A stretch of 64,000 nt of DNA, from IMG/VR virus record IMGVR_UViG_3300032294_001558; one strand, written 5' to 3'. The first letter of the stretch is position 1, and the number at the start of each line of letters is the position of its first letter. This DNA comes from a virus. The notes beneath the pieces were generated by a model. The model had not been told where the DNA came from, ran no database searches, and saw only the letters and a list, made by a program, of their open reading frames with translations. Of this stretch, positions 27,504-36,302 are shown in pieces. A program made the translations under genes and the position numbers.

Positions 27504-29975
27504 TTAGGCGTCAAGTACCTCCTTGTACAGGTTCAGAAGCGAATCGAGGCTGGCGGTCTTGGACTCCAGCGCTTCATACTGCTTACGCTCGACCGGGGAG
27601 CCGCAGAGCTTGACCACCAAGCAGGGGTTTTTCTGGCCCGCCCGGTGGACGCGAGCATTGGCTTGGTGCCAGATTTCGTTAGAGGTCACAGGCCCCCACC
27701 ACACGACAGTGTTGGCCGCGTGCAACGTCACACCATGCGAAGCAGCGGCGGGCTGAATCAACAGAATGCGTGGATCAGGTCCAGTCTGAAACGCCTTAAA
27801 TATTTCTGTACGTTTATGAGCAGCTACACCACCATGAACTACTTCTACTGTGTATCCGTCTTTTTTCAGTTGGTTCTCTAGATGGTCTATTGCGTGCCGG
27901 AAAGGGACGAAGACAAGAACTTTGTGTGTGCTTTCTTCTATCGCTTCTAGTAAAACATTATACCGATGTGTCATGTCGAACACTACGGTATTACCGTCGT
28001 CGGTATAGACCGCCCCACAGTTATGTACAATTAGCGGGGTGCCTGTAGCCCCCCGGACTACAAACCTACTGCGCGGCCCACAGTTTACAAGGTCGTAGAC
28101 TCGCTCCGTACCAGCGTAGTGAGCGCTTTCTCTAGCGGCCAGTTGTACCGAAACAGTCGCGCATGTAGCGTCGCTTTCTTTATACCGTAGACTTCCGCCG
28201 CCTGTGTTACCGTCAAACGGCCCTTTGGTGTATCCACCCACTGGTTGAACCGCGTATTGTTGGCTTGCTCCGTAGCCGTAGCCCATCGACAGTTCTCTGG
28301 ACTGTACGGGCCATTCACGTTTATCCGATCTAACGCCAAACCATCGGCGTACCCTTCCTGCATGTCGGCCCAGAAATTCGCAAACGACTCTTCCCAATGT
28401 TTGCAAACAGTTATCCCCCGTGCTCCGTAATTTTGGTAGTCTTTGTCTTTTGGGTCTAAACATCTCCGCCGCATACCGGACCATACGCGGTACGGGCGAG
28501 ATTGCGTCATTCTGTGCGTTTCGTTCCCGTGATGGCAACCACAACTCCTTGGGTGCACCCTCTTCGTATTGCGAAGATATTGGCTCTGCCTCTCCACAAC
28601 CGCCCCGCAATCGCATTGACACACCCACTTCGCGCACTGACTTCCGCGCACCGTTGACTCGGCTCGCGCTAATACCACCAGGAAGCCGAACCTCTGCCCA
28701 GTCAAGTCCAGCGCCCGTCGCACGGGGTTTGAGTATGTCATCTGCCGTCGCCCATCCGTCATTTGTAAGCACCTTATGATCTGCGGTCATACGAACCCCA
28801 GCAACGGTAACCAAGGGCTTTACACCCCGGAAGATCGCTCCTTGCTGGGCCACCCACTCCACGCCATCCCAAACGCGATGTTGTGGAGTAACGAGTTGGA
28901 TTGGTAACCAACCTACGTCGGTTAATACGTCTGTGTTATACGATATACATGCTACCTGTAAAAGCTTGTTAAGATTAGTAGCCGCATTGACCGACGTTAC
29001 GGTTTCTCCAGCGGCAGTCATTATAAACTGCTCTTTGAGGAGCTTGTAGTACTTAGACTGCTGCGGTGTGAGCGGGGCTTCGCGCGTGGTATACAGCAAT
29101 TCCGGCAGGTCTAAGCATTCATCTTTCGTAAATCTGATCGCTGGCTGTAGTATTTTGTTAATCGTTTCGGCTGCATCAGTCTTAGGTTTCCACCTAAACT
29201 GTGTGAGTTTATACATCACTCTATCGCGGAATGTATAGAAATTTGATGGTATTGATCCCGGGTCCATCATTTTAGCTAGGCCATAAGCGTCAGTAGGACT
29301 TTGCGAGGCAGGGGTGCCAGTCAACATCCACAGCCACGTATTCGGCTGAATTAATGAGTTGATCGCTCTCCATCTTTTGGTGGTGGCGGTTTTTACTGCG
29401 TTGGCTTCGTCGATTATTACCAAATCGAAACCGCTATCTTTCAGGTCTGGTAGGACTGTTTCGACGCCATCAAAATTTATGATGACAAACTCAGCATCGG
29501 ATTGTATGACTTTAGTACGTTTCTCTCTGCTACCGTGAGCAATATCTACCCTGCGGTGCATGACCGTTTTGAACAGGTCAGCGCGCCACGCCGAGTTCAT
29601 GATCGACAGTGGGCAGATCACCAAAACGCGTCTGACATGCCCCGTACGCAACAAGTAGTCCGCTGCCCACGCTACGCTTGCGGTCTTGGCGGTGCCCGGG
29701 TCGTTGAAACAATACGCTCTACGATGGAGTGTGAGAAACGAAGCTGTAGTCCGCTGGTGCGCAAATGGCGTATATATCCCCGGCCAGTTGTAGTGCTTTT
29801 CTATTGGCGATGGTACTTTCTTGACGCCTAGATTCTTTAGTACTTGGGACTCGTCTAGGCCCCAATAGACCAACACTGTGCCATCGGCTAGTTGTTTGGA
29901 ACGGGGGATCGTTGCGAGCACCCGCTCGGGGTGCCGCAACTTAAGAAGCAAAGCTTTGTTCTCTACTATCTGCAT
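27504..29975 (-). CDS. SNF2/SWI2-family helicase, intein-containing precursor
   Basis: 823 aa. Motifs DPGTAKT, LVIIDEANAVK and C-terminal QANARVHRAGQ. Interrupted by the Hint element 28020..28949. Confidence 0.8.
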   Translation of the reverse strand: MQIVENKALLLKLRHPERVLATIPRSKQLADGTVLVYWGLDESQVLKNLGVKKVPSPIEKHYNWPGIYTPFAHQRTTASFLTLHRRAYCFNDPGTAKTASVAWAADYLLRTGHVRRVLVICPLSIMNSAWRADLFKTVMHRRVDIAHGSREKRTKVIQSDAEFVIINFDGVETVLPDLKDSGFDLVIIDEANAVKTATTKRWRAINSLIQPNTWLWMLTGTPASQSPTDAYGLAKMMDPGSIPSNFYTFRDRVMYKLTQFRWKPKTDAAETINKILQPAIRFTKDECLDLPELLYTTREAPLTPQQSKYYKLLKEQFIMTAAGETVTSVNAATNLNKLLQVACISYNTDVLTDVGWLPIQLVTPQHRVWDGVEWVAQQGAIFRGVKPLVTVAGVRMTADHKVLTNDGWATADDILKPRATGAGLDWAEVRLPGGISASRVNGARKSVREVGVSMRLRGGCGEAEPISSQYEEGAPKELWLPSRERNAQNDAISPVPRMVRYAAEMFRPKRQRLPKLRSTGDNCLQTLGRVVCEFLGRHAGRVRRWFGVRSDKREWPVQSRELSMGYGYGASQQYAVQPVGGYTKGPFDGNTGGGSLRYKESDATCATVSVQLAARESAHYAGTERVYDLVNCGPRSRFVVRGATGTPLIVHNCGAVYTDDGNTVVFDMTHRYNVLLEAIEESTHKVLVFVPFRHAIDHLENQLKKDGYTVEVVHGGVAAHKRTEIFKAFQTGPDPRILLIQPAAASHGVTLHAANTVVWWGPVTSNEIWHQANARVHRAGQKNPCLVVKLCGSPVERKQYEALESKTASLDSLLNLYKEVLDA
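28020..28949 (-). mobile_element. mini-intein in the SNF2 helicase
   Basis: Cys-1 block CISYNTDVLTDVGW, block B MTADHKVLT, C-terminal PLIVHN followed by the +1 Cys. 310 codons, in frame with the helicase. Confidence 0.7.
28085..28762 (-). CDS. HNH homing endonuclease nested out of frame inside the helicase intein
   Basis: 225 aa in a frame offset from the helicase. Motifs CQCDCG..SCGC, YQNYGARGITVC, LDRINVNGPYSPENCRWATATEQANN. AAGGTG lies 8 nt upstream of the ATG. Confidence 0.65.
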   Translation of the reverse strand: MTDGRRQMTYSNPVRRALDLTGQRFGFLVVLARAESTVRGSQCAKWVCQCDCGAVVERQSQYLRNTKRVHPRSCGCHHGNETHRMTQSRPYRVWSGMRRRCLDPKDKDYQNYGARGITVCKHWEESFANFWADMQEGYADGLALDRINVNGPYSPENCRWATATEQANNTRFNQWVDTPKGRLTVTQAAEVYGIKKATLHARLFRYNWPLEKALTTLVRSESTTL

Positions 29976-30517
29976 TAACGCAACTCAAACTTACAAGCTG
30001 CCGCGCGTTCGATAAGGTCAAGGGCCTGGGTCGTAGCGTCATCAAGAGCGTTGTGCGGTACCCCTACGTTCTGCTTCTTCTCCTTCGTACCAAACATAGC
30101 CCGGATAGTTCGGTAGCAGCGGTCGTTCCAAAAATGCCAAGGGGTATCCATTTTCATGAGACGGTAGGCAGCGGCGAGCAGCGCATTATCAAAGTTTGCA
30201 CCGTTGCCCCAAACCACTGCTACGTCTTGTGGAGGCATCCACATAGAGAACTTAATGAGTGCGAGGTCGATTTTAAGCGTACCAGAAAATGCAGCAGTTC
30301 TGGCTTCTTCTGACTGTTTAGACCACCACTCCAAAGTACTTTTTTGCGCGCGGAATCCGGCTTCTTTACAGGACTCTGAGTCAATCGCAACATAGAATTT
30401 TTCGGCAATTCCTTTTTCGGCGCTGAACTTAACTGCGCCGATAGATAGGATCGTATCCCCCGGCCTTGTGCCCAGGGTCTCAAGATCAATCATTACATGC
30501 TTAAGATCGTTGTCCAT
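29975..30517 (-). CDS. DnaQ-like 3'-5' exonuclease
   Basis: 180 aa. Motifs MIDLETLG (Exo I), WGNGANFDNALL (Exo II) and HNALDD (Exo III). Confidence 0.7.
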   Translation of the reverse strand: MDNDLKHVMIDLETLGTRPGDTILSIGAVKFSAEKGIAEKFYVAIDSESCKEAGFRAQKSTLEWWSKQSEEARTAAFSGTLKIDLALIKFSMWMPPQDVAVVWGNGANFDNALLAAAYRLMKMDTPWHFWNDRCYRTIRAMFGTKEKKQNVGVPHNALDDATTQALDLIERAAACKFELR

Positions 30518-30610
30518 TTCTTCTCCTAAATACCAAGATGGTTCGATGAGGGGATCTCATCGAACCGTAGACCCCAATCTTGTTGGGGATTAAACCCGCT
30601 CTAAGCGGTG
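30518..30610 (-). promoter_or_regulatory. three consecutive stem-loops in an intergenic spacer
   Basis: 11-bp stem 30540..30566, 6-bp stem 30572..30588 and 5-bp stem 30596..30608. May act as a processing or attenuation site. Confidence 0.3.
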
Positions 30611-30877
30611 TCAGGCCCCGCTTCGCGGGCTCTTGTAGTTTTTTGCGCTGTTGGCGCTAAAAGACTTAAGCCGGACGTTCCCTGGCTTGCTTTTCCCACC
30701 ATCTTTGATGGGCTTGATGTGGTCTAGGGCTTTCCCTTCCCGGGAAGCTCGCCCGTGCTCTTTATCCCAAGCACGTCTAGCCCGCTGTCTTTCCGACTGC
30801 TTAGCCCGCCCACCATTTGCGAGGAAGTCTCTGTACTCTTTTTGGTGGTTTCTATCAGACTTGTTTTTGTAAGGCAT
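30611..30877 (-). CDS. small basic HNH-like protein
   Basis: 88 aa. LDHIKPIKDGGKSKPGNVRLKSFSANSAKN fits a minimal H-N-N/H motif. Confidence 0.4.
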   Translation of the reverse strand: MPYKNKSDRNHQKEYRDFLANGGRAKQSERQRARRAWDKEHGRASREGKALDHIKPIKDGGKSKPGNVRLKSFSANSAKNYKSPRSGA

Positions 30878-30914
30878 TCGTTATCTCCAAAATCCAATTC
30901 CAACTGGACCCAGT

Positions 30915-31586
30915 TCATGTATTAGCTCCATTATGGGGACAGGTAGTAACGACGCAATGGCGACGGCAAAGCCCCGACGGATTAGGGTTCCATACGTTTG
31001 TGCGGATTGCGGTTTCCAGTCGTTGGATATCTTGCATCCATTGCCGCCAGTAGACTTTTTCACGTTCTACTGTGTATTCAGCGGGCTTGAAGTGGTTCGC
31101 TACTACGAACAGCAGCCCGCCCTTGACCCTACGCACTGAGGGGAAGTGTTTGAAGACCAGCAAGGCCATCAACTCCAACTGTGCTGTATCTGCGTATTTG
31201 GCAGAGCGGCTCGTCTTGTAGTCCACGACCCGGGCAGAGCCTTTGTCCTCGTTGACGATCAGGAGGTCCACGACCCCCCGGCACCATACATCAGGCGCGT
31301 CAAACGCGCAAGGGTGCAGATCCTTGGTCAGGCCCATCTTGTGCTCGCACAGCTTAGTCCCGGGGATGTTTCGCAGGGCATCGAGGTGGGGCTTGACGTA
31401 GCCGAAGGCCCCAGGCAGGGGGGTGCCGTCTCGCACGTAAGACTCGGCTGCTTCGTGGAAATTCGTGCCGTATAGCGTAGCCTCTGTGAACGGTGGCTCC
31501 ACAAAGTTGCGGAAGACTTTTACCTCTGCATACTGTCTCGGACAAGTCTTAAATTTTTTTAGGCTACTAAACGACCACGCTTTCAT
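30915..31586 (-). CDS. PD-(D/E)XK nuclease, Cas4/RecB-like
   Basis: 223 aa. N-terminal CPRQY and C-terminal C..HC....CPH suggest an Fe-S cluster pattern. GVVDLL..D.K core. Confidence 0.6.
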   Translation of the reverse strand: MKAWSFSSLKKFKTCPRQYAEVKVFRNFVEPPFTEATLYGTNFHEAAESYVRDGTPLPGAFGYVKPHLDALRNIPGTKLCEHKMGLTKDLHPCAFDAPDVWCRGVVDLLIVNEDKGSARVVDYKTSRSAKYADTAQLELMALLVFKHFPSVRRVKGGLLFVVANHFKPAEYTVEREKVYWRQWMQDIQRLETAIRTNVWNPNPSGLCRRHCVVTTCPHNGANT

Positions 31587-31768
31587 CGCCTATTTTCTTC
31601 CATTATTGAAAGAGTATGCTGGAGCAGCCGCCCTTCGACACAAAGGCTCTCGGCCTTCAACCGCGCTTTTTCATATTCGTGGCTCAGACAAAGATGGTGA
31701 ATCTCTTTCGCAAGCTTTTCGATCTGTATTAGCGGCATTGCGTAGTCAACAATCTCGTCATTCTTCAT
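31583..31768 (-). CDS. hypothetical protein
   Basis: 61-aa ORF overlapping both neighbours by a few nt. Confidence 0.35.
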   Translation of the reverse strand: MKNDEIVDYAMPLIQIEKLAKEIHHLCLSHEYEKARLKAESLCVEGRLLQHTLSIMEENRR

Positions 31769-34535
31769 CAGCCATTTCCCCGTAATTATAGCCCCATTTG
31801 GACTCGCAGTTGATCGGCAGCCCCGCTGCCCAGGGAGGCACCCAACGCATGCAGGACTCGATGTAAGCCCGCGCCTCGCCTAGCTCGGCCTCGCGCACTA
31901 CGGCCAGAATACTATCATGGACGGTCAAGGCCACACGGTACTTCTTTGCAATGCGCAGCAACTGCGACATCACAATAATACGGGCGAGTGCCTGAGTACA
32001 GTTCTCAACCAATTTCCCGCCGTATATATCTACTAGTCCTGTGTCGTCTTTATACTGCCACCGCATTACTTGTCGGTTCGGGTCCTGTGTCCGGTGCAGT
32101 TGCGGGTAGCTGACGTACAGCCCGCTGGGCAGGCGCACGCCTTTCTTTCCCTCGATGAGCAGCACACCCTCGCGCCCGAGCCACCGGGTCTTGTTGGCGT
32201 GCATGGACTCGATGCACTGCTCGGCCTCGTACCACAGATTTTTGATACGGTCATTAGTCATGCGATAAATGTCAATGATCCGCTGGCACTCTTGAATATC
32301 AAGATCCATTGGCGGGTTTGCGGTCTTTAGCGTAGCCTGTAGTTTGAAGGCCCCGGTTTGGTAACCGCAATTATGTACGATCAGCGCCCCCGCTGCTGTC
32401 AACACAGTGAATCTGTTGTTCGGTCCTGCTAAGGCGATGTCGTAGGTCTGCATTTTCTGTTTTAAGACGCTCGATCTCCTGTTGTAGGACTGACACCCTG
32501 CGTCTATTGTTGGCGTTCTCGCCTCTAGTACACCACCGAAGATTCCCAGGTTCGTAGCCTTTATCGTTGTCGATCCGGTCAAGTTCAAGTAGAGGGTTGT
32601 CCCAGCCCGGCAGAGAAATGATGTATCGCAGAAACGCCCTGCGGTCTTTAGTCCACGCCGGATAAACTCGTATACCTCTCCCGCCGTAATTTTCGTACTG
32701 TCTACAAGTCGGTATTTCGCATCGGTTAATGCAGGAAGATATTCTATTAAGGAGGCGTTCTCTTGTTGCGTCATCTGGAACGGTGTCGGCATACCCCCAA
32801 TAGTGTTTGCGTGTTTTAGCAGACGCTTTCCTTGCGCAATCCCCGCATCTAGCAGTTTTTTTATTGATGAAGTTACTACGGTGAACAAGACCTTCCCATC
32901 CGCAAGTACACTTGACGCGCGGGTTCCAGCCTTCACTGTATCCGTTTTTCCGTAATTGTTGTTCCCAGCCAATGACGGTAAGGTCGCCCTGTTGAGTGCC
33001 GATTGGAGCAGGGAAGGGTTTGAATGGACCTCGGACCACGCCCGCCATCCATGTCCCGTCAGGATTTCGTGGTCCGCCGTGGCGTGCAACATCAAATCCG
33101 TTTGTGTTTCTGTTATTCGGTACCCCTGATTCAACAATCCGCTGTGGCTCACCCATGATTCCCCATCCCATAGTTTGTCAGATAGCTGGACCCGTACGAT
33201 AGTCTTCCAGCCTGAGTCTGTCAAGACTTGGGTATCAGGTCCGAAGCACCCGAGGACCACTGTTTTTCCTAGGAACCTTTCGTTCTTGTTAGCCTTCGTA
33301 ATTGGACGGCCGTAGATACGACTCGCCATTTTGCAATACACATCGACTCCGTTGGCGAAATCCTCAACAAGATCGTTCTGCCTCGCCAGCCACGCCAATA
33401 CCCGAGCTTCGATGTTGGACGAATCAGAATCAATCAGAACGTGCCCAGGCGGGGCTTCAATACATGCTTTGAGTTCTGTACCCCCTCGTGCAGGTAGGTT
33501 TTGAAGATTAATATTATCGCCGCCGCTCGTTCTTTTTGTTCTTGCGTAGCTATACTTGAGAGGGACTGGTAGTACTGGGTTACGCTTAGCGATGTCGATA
33601 AACGTACTTGTGCGGGTCTCCTCCAGCGTGCTTTTGGTCCCCAGGCGCGCAGCTACGGCGGTCTGCACTCGCTCATCAGGATGGTCCAGCAGGGCTTTAA
33701 GTCCGGGGTCGGTCTTAGCGAATGCGAACGCCGGTTTCCCCGTCGTCTTGCTGATCTTCATGGGCGGCTCGACACCCAGTTCCTTCAGTACCTCGGCAAA
33801 CTGCGGGTTCGACGATAGCCGCTCCTTACTGAACTCTGTCTTACTTAGAAGCTCTTCCTTGCGCTTGATCACCCCTGCGAGGTGCGCTTCCAGCTTCTCC
33901 TTGTTCAGCCGCAGCACAGGCTCCGAGAACATCCTGATATGCCGGTCGATGAGCCGCAACTCCTCCAGGGGGTAGTTGTCCCGCTTGTCGAACTCCTCGA
34001 TGTTGTACCAGCCCTCGGACATCGTGTGCCACATGTCGTAGCAAAGCTTAACGTCATGCAGGCAGTAGGCTGCGTATCGGCTGAACCCCTCGGAGGTGAA
34101 GTCTTCTCTACGCTTGCCCATCGCGTTTTGCACCTCGGTGCCCTTATCCTCGAAGCCGTACCGCTTGGCAAGCATGGCGAGAGAGTTGTTCCGGGACCCA
34201 AACATGGCACGGGCCATAGACAGGGTGTCTAGCCACGCGCGGGGATTAACGTCAAAGAGCCACGAGAAGATGGCTGAGTCGAACATCGTGTTGTGGCACA
34301 GCACGGCGTACTTACCCCAGTCTACCGCGTCCAGTCTATATTTGATGTCCGCGTGGGTGCCAGTGACCACTTCTGTAGTGCCATCGGGCCACCGAAGCCC
34401 GAGCATTATAACTTCAAATCGTGGGTCACGTACATACGCCTCAGTAGTTAGTTTTGTGAGGCTGTATTCTTTGTCGTAGTACGTTTCAAAGTCCGCGGTG
34501 ATTATTTCCATATGTCTCTCTAAACCACTGCTCAA
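31758..34535 (-). CDS. family-A DNA polymerase with 3'-5' exonuclease domain, intein-containing precursor
   Basis: 925 aa. Motifs ITADFETYY (exo), LIDSDSSNIEARVLAW (motif A), KTVVLG/[intein]/CGYQTG (motif B) and VHDS (motif C). ATG 34511 is an alternative start. Confidence 0.85.
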   Translation of the reverse strand: MSSGLERHMEIITADFETYYDKEYSLTKLTTEAYVRDPRFEVIMLGLRWPDGTTEVVTGTHADIKYRLDAVDWGKYAVLCHNTMFDSAIFSWLFDVNPRAWLDTLSMARAMFGSRNNSLAMLAKRYGFEDKGTEVQNAMGKRREDFTSEGFSRYAAYCLHDVKLCYDMWHTMSEGWYNIEEFDKRDNYPLEELRLIDRHIRMFSEPVLRLNKEKLEAHLAGVIKRKEELLSKTEFSKERLSSNPQFAEVLKELGVEPPMKISKTTGKPAFAFAKTDPGLKALLDHPDERVQTAVAARLGTKSTLEETRTSTFIDIAKRNPVLPVPLKYSYARTKRTSGGDNINLQNLPARGGTELKACIEAPPGHVLIDSDSSNIEARVLAWLARQNDLVEDFANGVDVYCKMASRIYGRPITKANKNERFLGKTVVLGCFGPDTQVLTDSGWKTIVRVQLSDKLWDGESWVSHSGLLNQGYRITETQTDLMLHATADHEILTGHGWRAWSEVHSNPSLLQSALNRATLPSLAGNNNYGKTDTVKAGTRASSVLADGKVLFTVVTSSIKKLLDAGIAQGKRLLKHANTIGGMPTPFQMTQQENASLIEYLPALTDAKYRLVDSTKITAGEVYEFIRRGLKTAGRFCDTSFLCRAGTTLYLNLTGSTTIKATNLGIFGGVLEARTPTIDAGCQSYNRRSSVLKQKMQTYDIALAGPNNRFTVLTAAGALIVHNCGYQTGAFKLQATLKTANPPMDLDIQECQRIIDIYRMTNDRIKNLWYEAEQCIESMHANKTRWLGREGVLLIEGKKGVRLPSGLYVSYPQLHRTQDPNRQVMRWQYKDDTGLVDIYGGKLVENCTQALARIIVMSQLLRIAKKYRVALTVHDSILAVVREAELGEARAYIESCMRWVPPWAAGLPINCESKWGYNYGEMADEE
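32370..33248 (-). mobile_element. mini-intein in DNA polymerase motif B
   Basis: CFGPDTQVLTDSGW, ATADHEILT, and ALIVHN followed by the +1 Cys. 293 codons in frame. Paralogous to the helicase intein. Confidence 0.7.
32371..33171 (-). CDS. HNH homing endonuclease nested out of frame inside the polymerase intein
   Basis: 266-aa ORF in an offset frame. Motifs CTCGW..CGDC, YENYGGRGIRVY, LDRIDNDKGYEPGNLRWCTRGENANNRR. The true start may be internal, for example ATG 33048. Confidence 0.6.
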   Translation of the reverse strand: MGWGIMGEPQRIVESGVPNNRNTNGFDVARHGGPRNPDGTWMAGVVRGPFKPFPAPIGTQQGDLTVIGWEQQLRKNGYSEGWNPRVKCTCGWEGLVHRSNFINKKTARCGDCARKASAKTRKHYWGYADTVPDDATRERLLNRISSCINRCEIPTCRQYENYGGRGIRVYPAWTKDRRAFLRYIISLPGWDNPLLELDRIDNDKGYEPGNLRWCTRGENANNRRRVSVLQQEIERLKTENADLRHRLSRTEQQIHCVDSSGGADRT

Positions 34536-34797
34536 GTAGATCGAGCGTATCTTCGCGGACCACCATTGCAGCGCCGCCCGCTTTATGGATAGCGGTGATC
34601 TCTCGCTCTTGCAGAGCGGTGGGTTTGTTATATCCGGCCTTGCATTCTACTGCAAGAAACCTGCCTCGGTAGCAGATGATGATGTCGGGTATACCCGCAC
34701 GACCGTAACCGTTCTGCGCGGGGAAAAAATGCCACGCACCATAGCGCGTGATAAGCTCTACGCACTTACGTTTGACTTTGCTTTCAGGTGTGGTCAT
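34486..34797 (-). CDS. VRR-NUC domain nuclease
   Basis: 103 aa. GIPDIIICYRGRFLAVECK matches the PD..(D/E)xK core of VRR-NUC. Confidence 0.7.
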   Translation of the reverse strand: MTTPESKVKRKCVELITRYGAWHFFPAQNGYGRAGIPDIIICYRGRFLAVECKAGYNKPTALQEREITAIHKAGGAAMVVREDTLDLLEQWFRETYGNNHRGL

Positions 34798-34798
34798 T

Positions 34799-35053
34799 TT
34801 ATTCTGCTTGTTTCAAAGCAAGCGTATAACTCAACCAAAACGGCCAAGCAAGCGCTTTGATTCCTCCGGCTAGAGCCGGCGGGGATGGAGTTTGGCAGAT
34901 ACGTCTCGTGCTGATGTCATTGGGGAAATCGACCGCACACTTTGCACTGACCAAAGCATGCGCGCGTTCCGATTCTACGGTGGCGGGGCCAAAACAAATG
35001 ACCACCCCTGCTAAATACGCCGCCCCAAAACAAAGTGGAATAGATATCTTCAT
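34799..35053 (-). CDS. small membrane protein
   Basis: GAGGGAG lies upstream of ATG 35053. Sequence MKISIPLCFGAAYLAGVVICFG.... The longer track ORF to 35197 lacks translation signals. Confidence 0.4.
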   Translation of the reverse strand: MKISIPLCFGAAYLAGVVICFGPATVESERAHALVSAKCAVDFPNDISTRRICQTPSPPALAGGIKALAWPFWLSYTLALKQAE

Positions 35054-35138
35054 TTTTTCGCTCCCTCTATGAGAAAAATGGCTACAAGCAGCCCCCGTAT
35101 CAACAGTGCGTCGTGCATACAAAACCTCTAGATTTTGT

Positions 35139-35447
35139 CTAAAACACGTTAGGCCCCAAGTCCAGCACCACCGTGCGCGGCTGCATCGCCACGCCATCGG
35201 CCACTGCCTTCAGCAGCGCCATGTAGCGCGCGTCCACCTCGCGCAGTTGAGCCGTCAAGCCGTCCACGCGACTCGCCCAGCAGTGCGCCTCGTCGGCGCG
35301 GGCCGAGCGCACCGCATCGCGCAGTTCTTCAATCCGCGCCTCCACCGCCAGCAGCGTGCTGCTCTTGAGCGGCACCATGCCCGTGTTGGGCGCCAGTCGC
35401 GCCGTTGCTAGCGCGCTGCGCCAGTCGCTCAGTTCATGTTCTCGCAT
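35139..35447 (-). CDS. hypothetical early protein
   Basis: 102-aa ORF, co-oriented, in the GC-rich early block. Confidence 0.35.
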   Translation of the reverse strand: MREHELSDWRSALATARLAPNTGMVPLKSSTLLAVEARIEELRDAVRSARADEAHCWASRVDGLTAQLREVDARYMALLKAVADGVAMQPRTVVLDLGPNVF

Positions 35448-35483
35448 CTTCTCGCTCCGGTTGGTTGGGGCCTAACACTTCGC

Positions 35484-35960
35484 TCAAGCCGACGCCTGAC
35501 GGCGCGGCTTACCTCGGGCGTTGGGCGGCTCGCTGTCGTCGTAGCGCCCTAATGCTTCGGCGGCCAGTTCTCGGCACGCTTCGCGGTCGCGGTTCCAAGT
35601 ACCGTCCGGCCGCATCGGGGCCGCAATCAACTCCAGCGCCTCGCGCATTTCCATCGCGCGCAGGCTCGGCCGTCGCGCGAAGCCGGCATCGGCCAGTTTT
35701 TGGCTTCGCGTGCGCGCGTCCAGCGTGTACTCGCGCACCACCCATAGGCCCGCCGAGTGAATCTCATGCTCCACTATGGCGTCGCTGATATGGTCGTTGC
35801 ACGCTTGCGGGTACGCTGCGCAGAACACCGGAAGGCCCATCTCGTCCAACACAACAAACACGGTGCTCGGTAGGTCATCGCGCTTCGGCACCAGCCGCCC
35901 AACCCCTCGCTCAACCGGAGAGCCGCCGGCTACGGTGTTTGCATCTTCAGGCGTCGTCAT
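35484..35960 (-). CDS. hypothetical early protein
   Basis: 158 aa. GGGAGA lies upstream of the ATG. Confidence 0.4.
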   Translation of the reverse strand: MTTPEDANTVAGGSPVERGVGRLVPKRDDLPSTVFVVLDEMGLPVFCAAYPQACNDHISDAIVEHEIHSAGLWVVREYTLDARTRSQKLADAGFARRPSLRAMEMREALELIAAPMRPDGTWNRDREACRELAAEALGRYDDSEPPNARGKPRRQASA

Positions 35961-35986
35961 GCGGCGTCTCCCGGTTAGCTCGAACG

Positions 35987-36232
35987 TTAGGCATCAAGCC
36001 CGCTGCGCTTCAGCAGGTCGAGGTATTCGTCTGCAAGTTGCTCGTAGTCGTGCCGCGCGTCTCCCAAGCGGTCCCAGGTGTTCGCGTACTTGTAGCCGCC
36101 CGCATAGGTGTCGCGCACCCATTCGTCGCTCATGCCCTCGGTGTCCTGCGGGTAGTCCGCACGCGCGCGCGCTATCCAGGCCGCGTCCGTCAGCTTCGGA
36201 AACCAGTAGGGTCGGTCGTTGCTTGTTGCCAT
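35987..36232 (-). CDS. hypothetical early protein
   Basis: AGGAG lies 7 nt upstream of ATG 36232 (MATSNDRPYWFPK...). Confidence 0.4.
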   Translation of the reverse strand: MATSNDRPYWFPKLTDAAWIARARADYPQDTEGMSDEWVRDTYAGGYKYANTWDRLGDARHDYEQLADEYLDLLKRSGLDA

Positions 36233-36302
36233 AATCAGTTCTCCTAGTTGATGCCTAACTAACGGTTCAACCCGGACCGGCCTCCGGCCGGTTAACCTAG
36301 CG

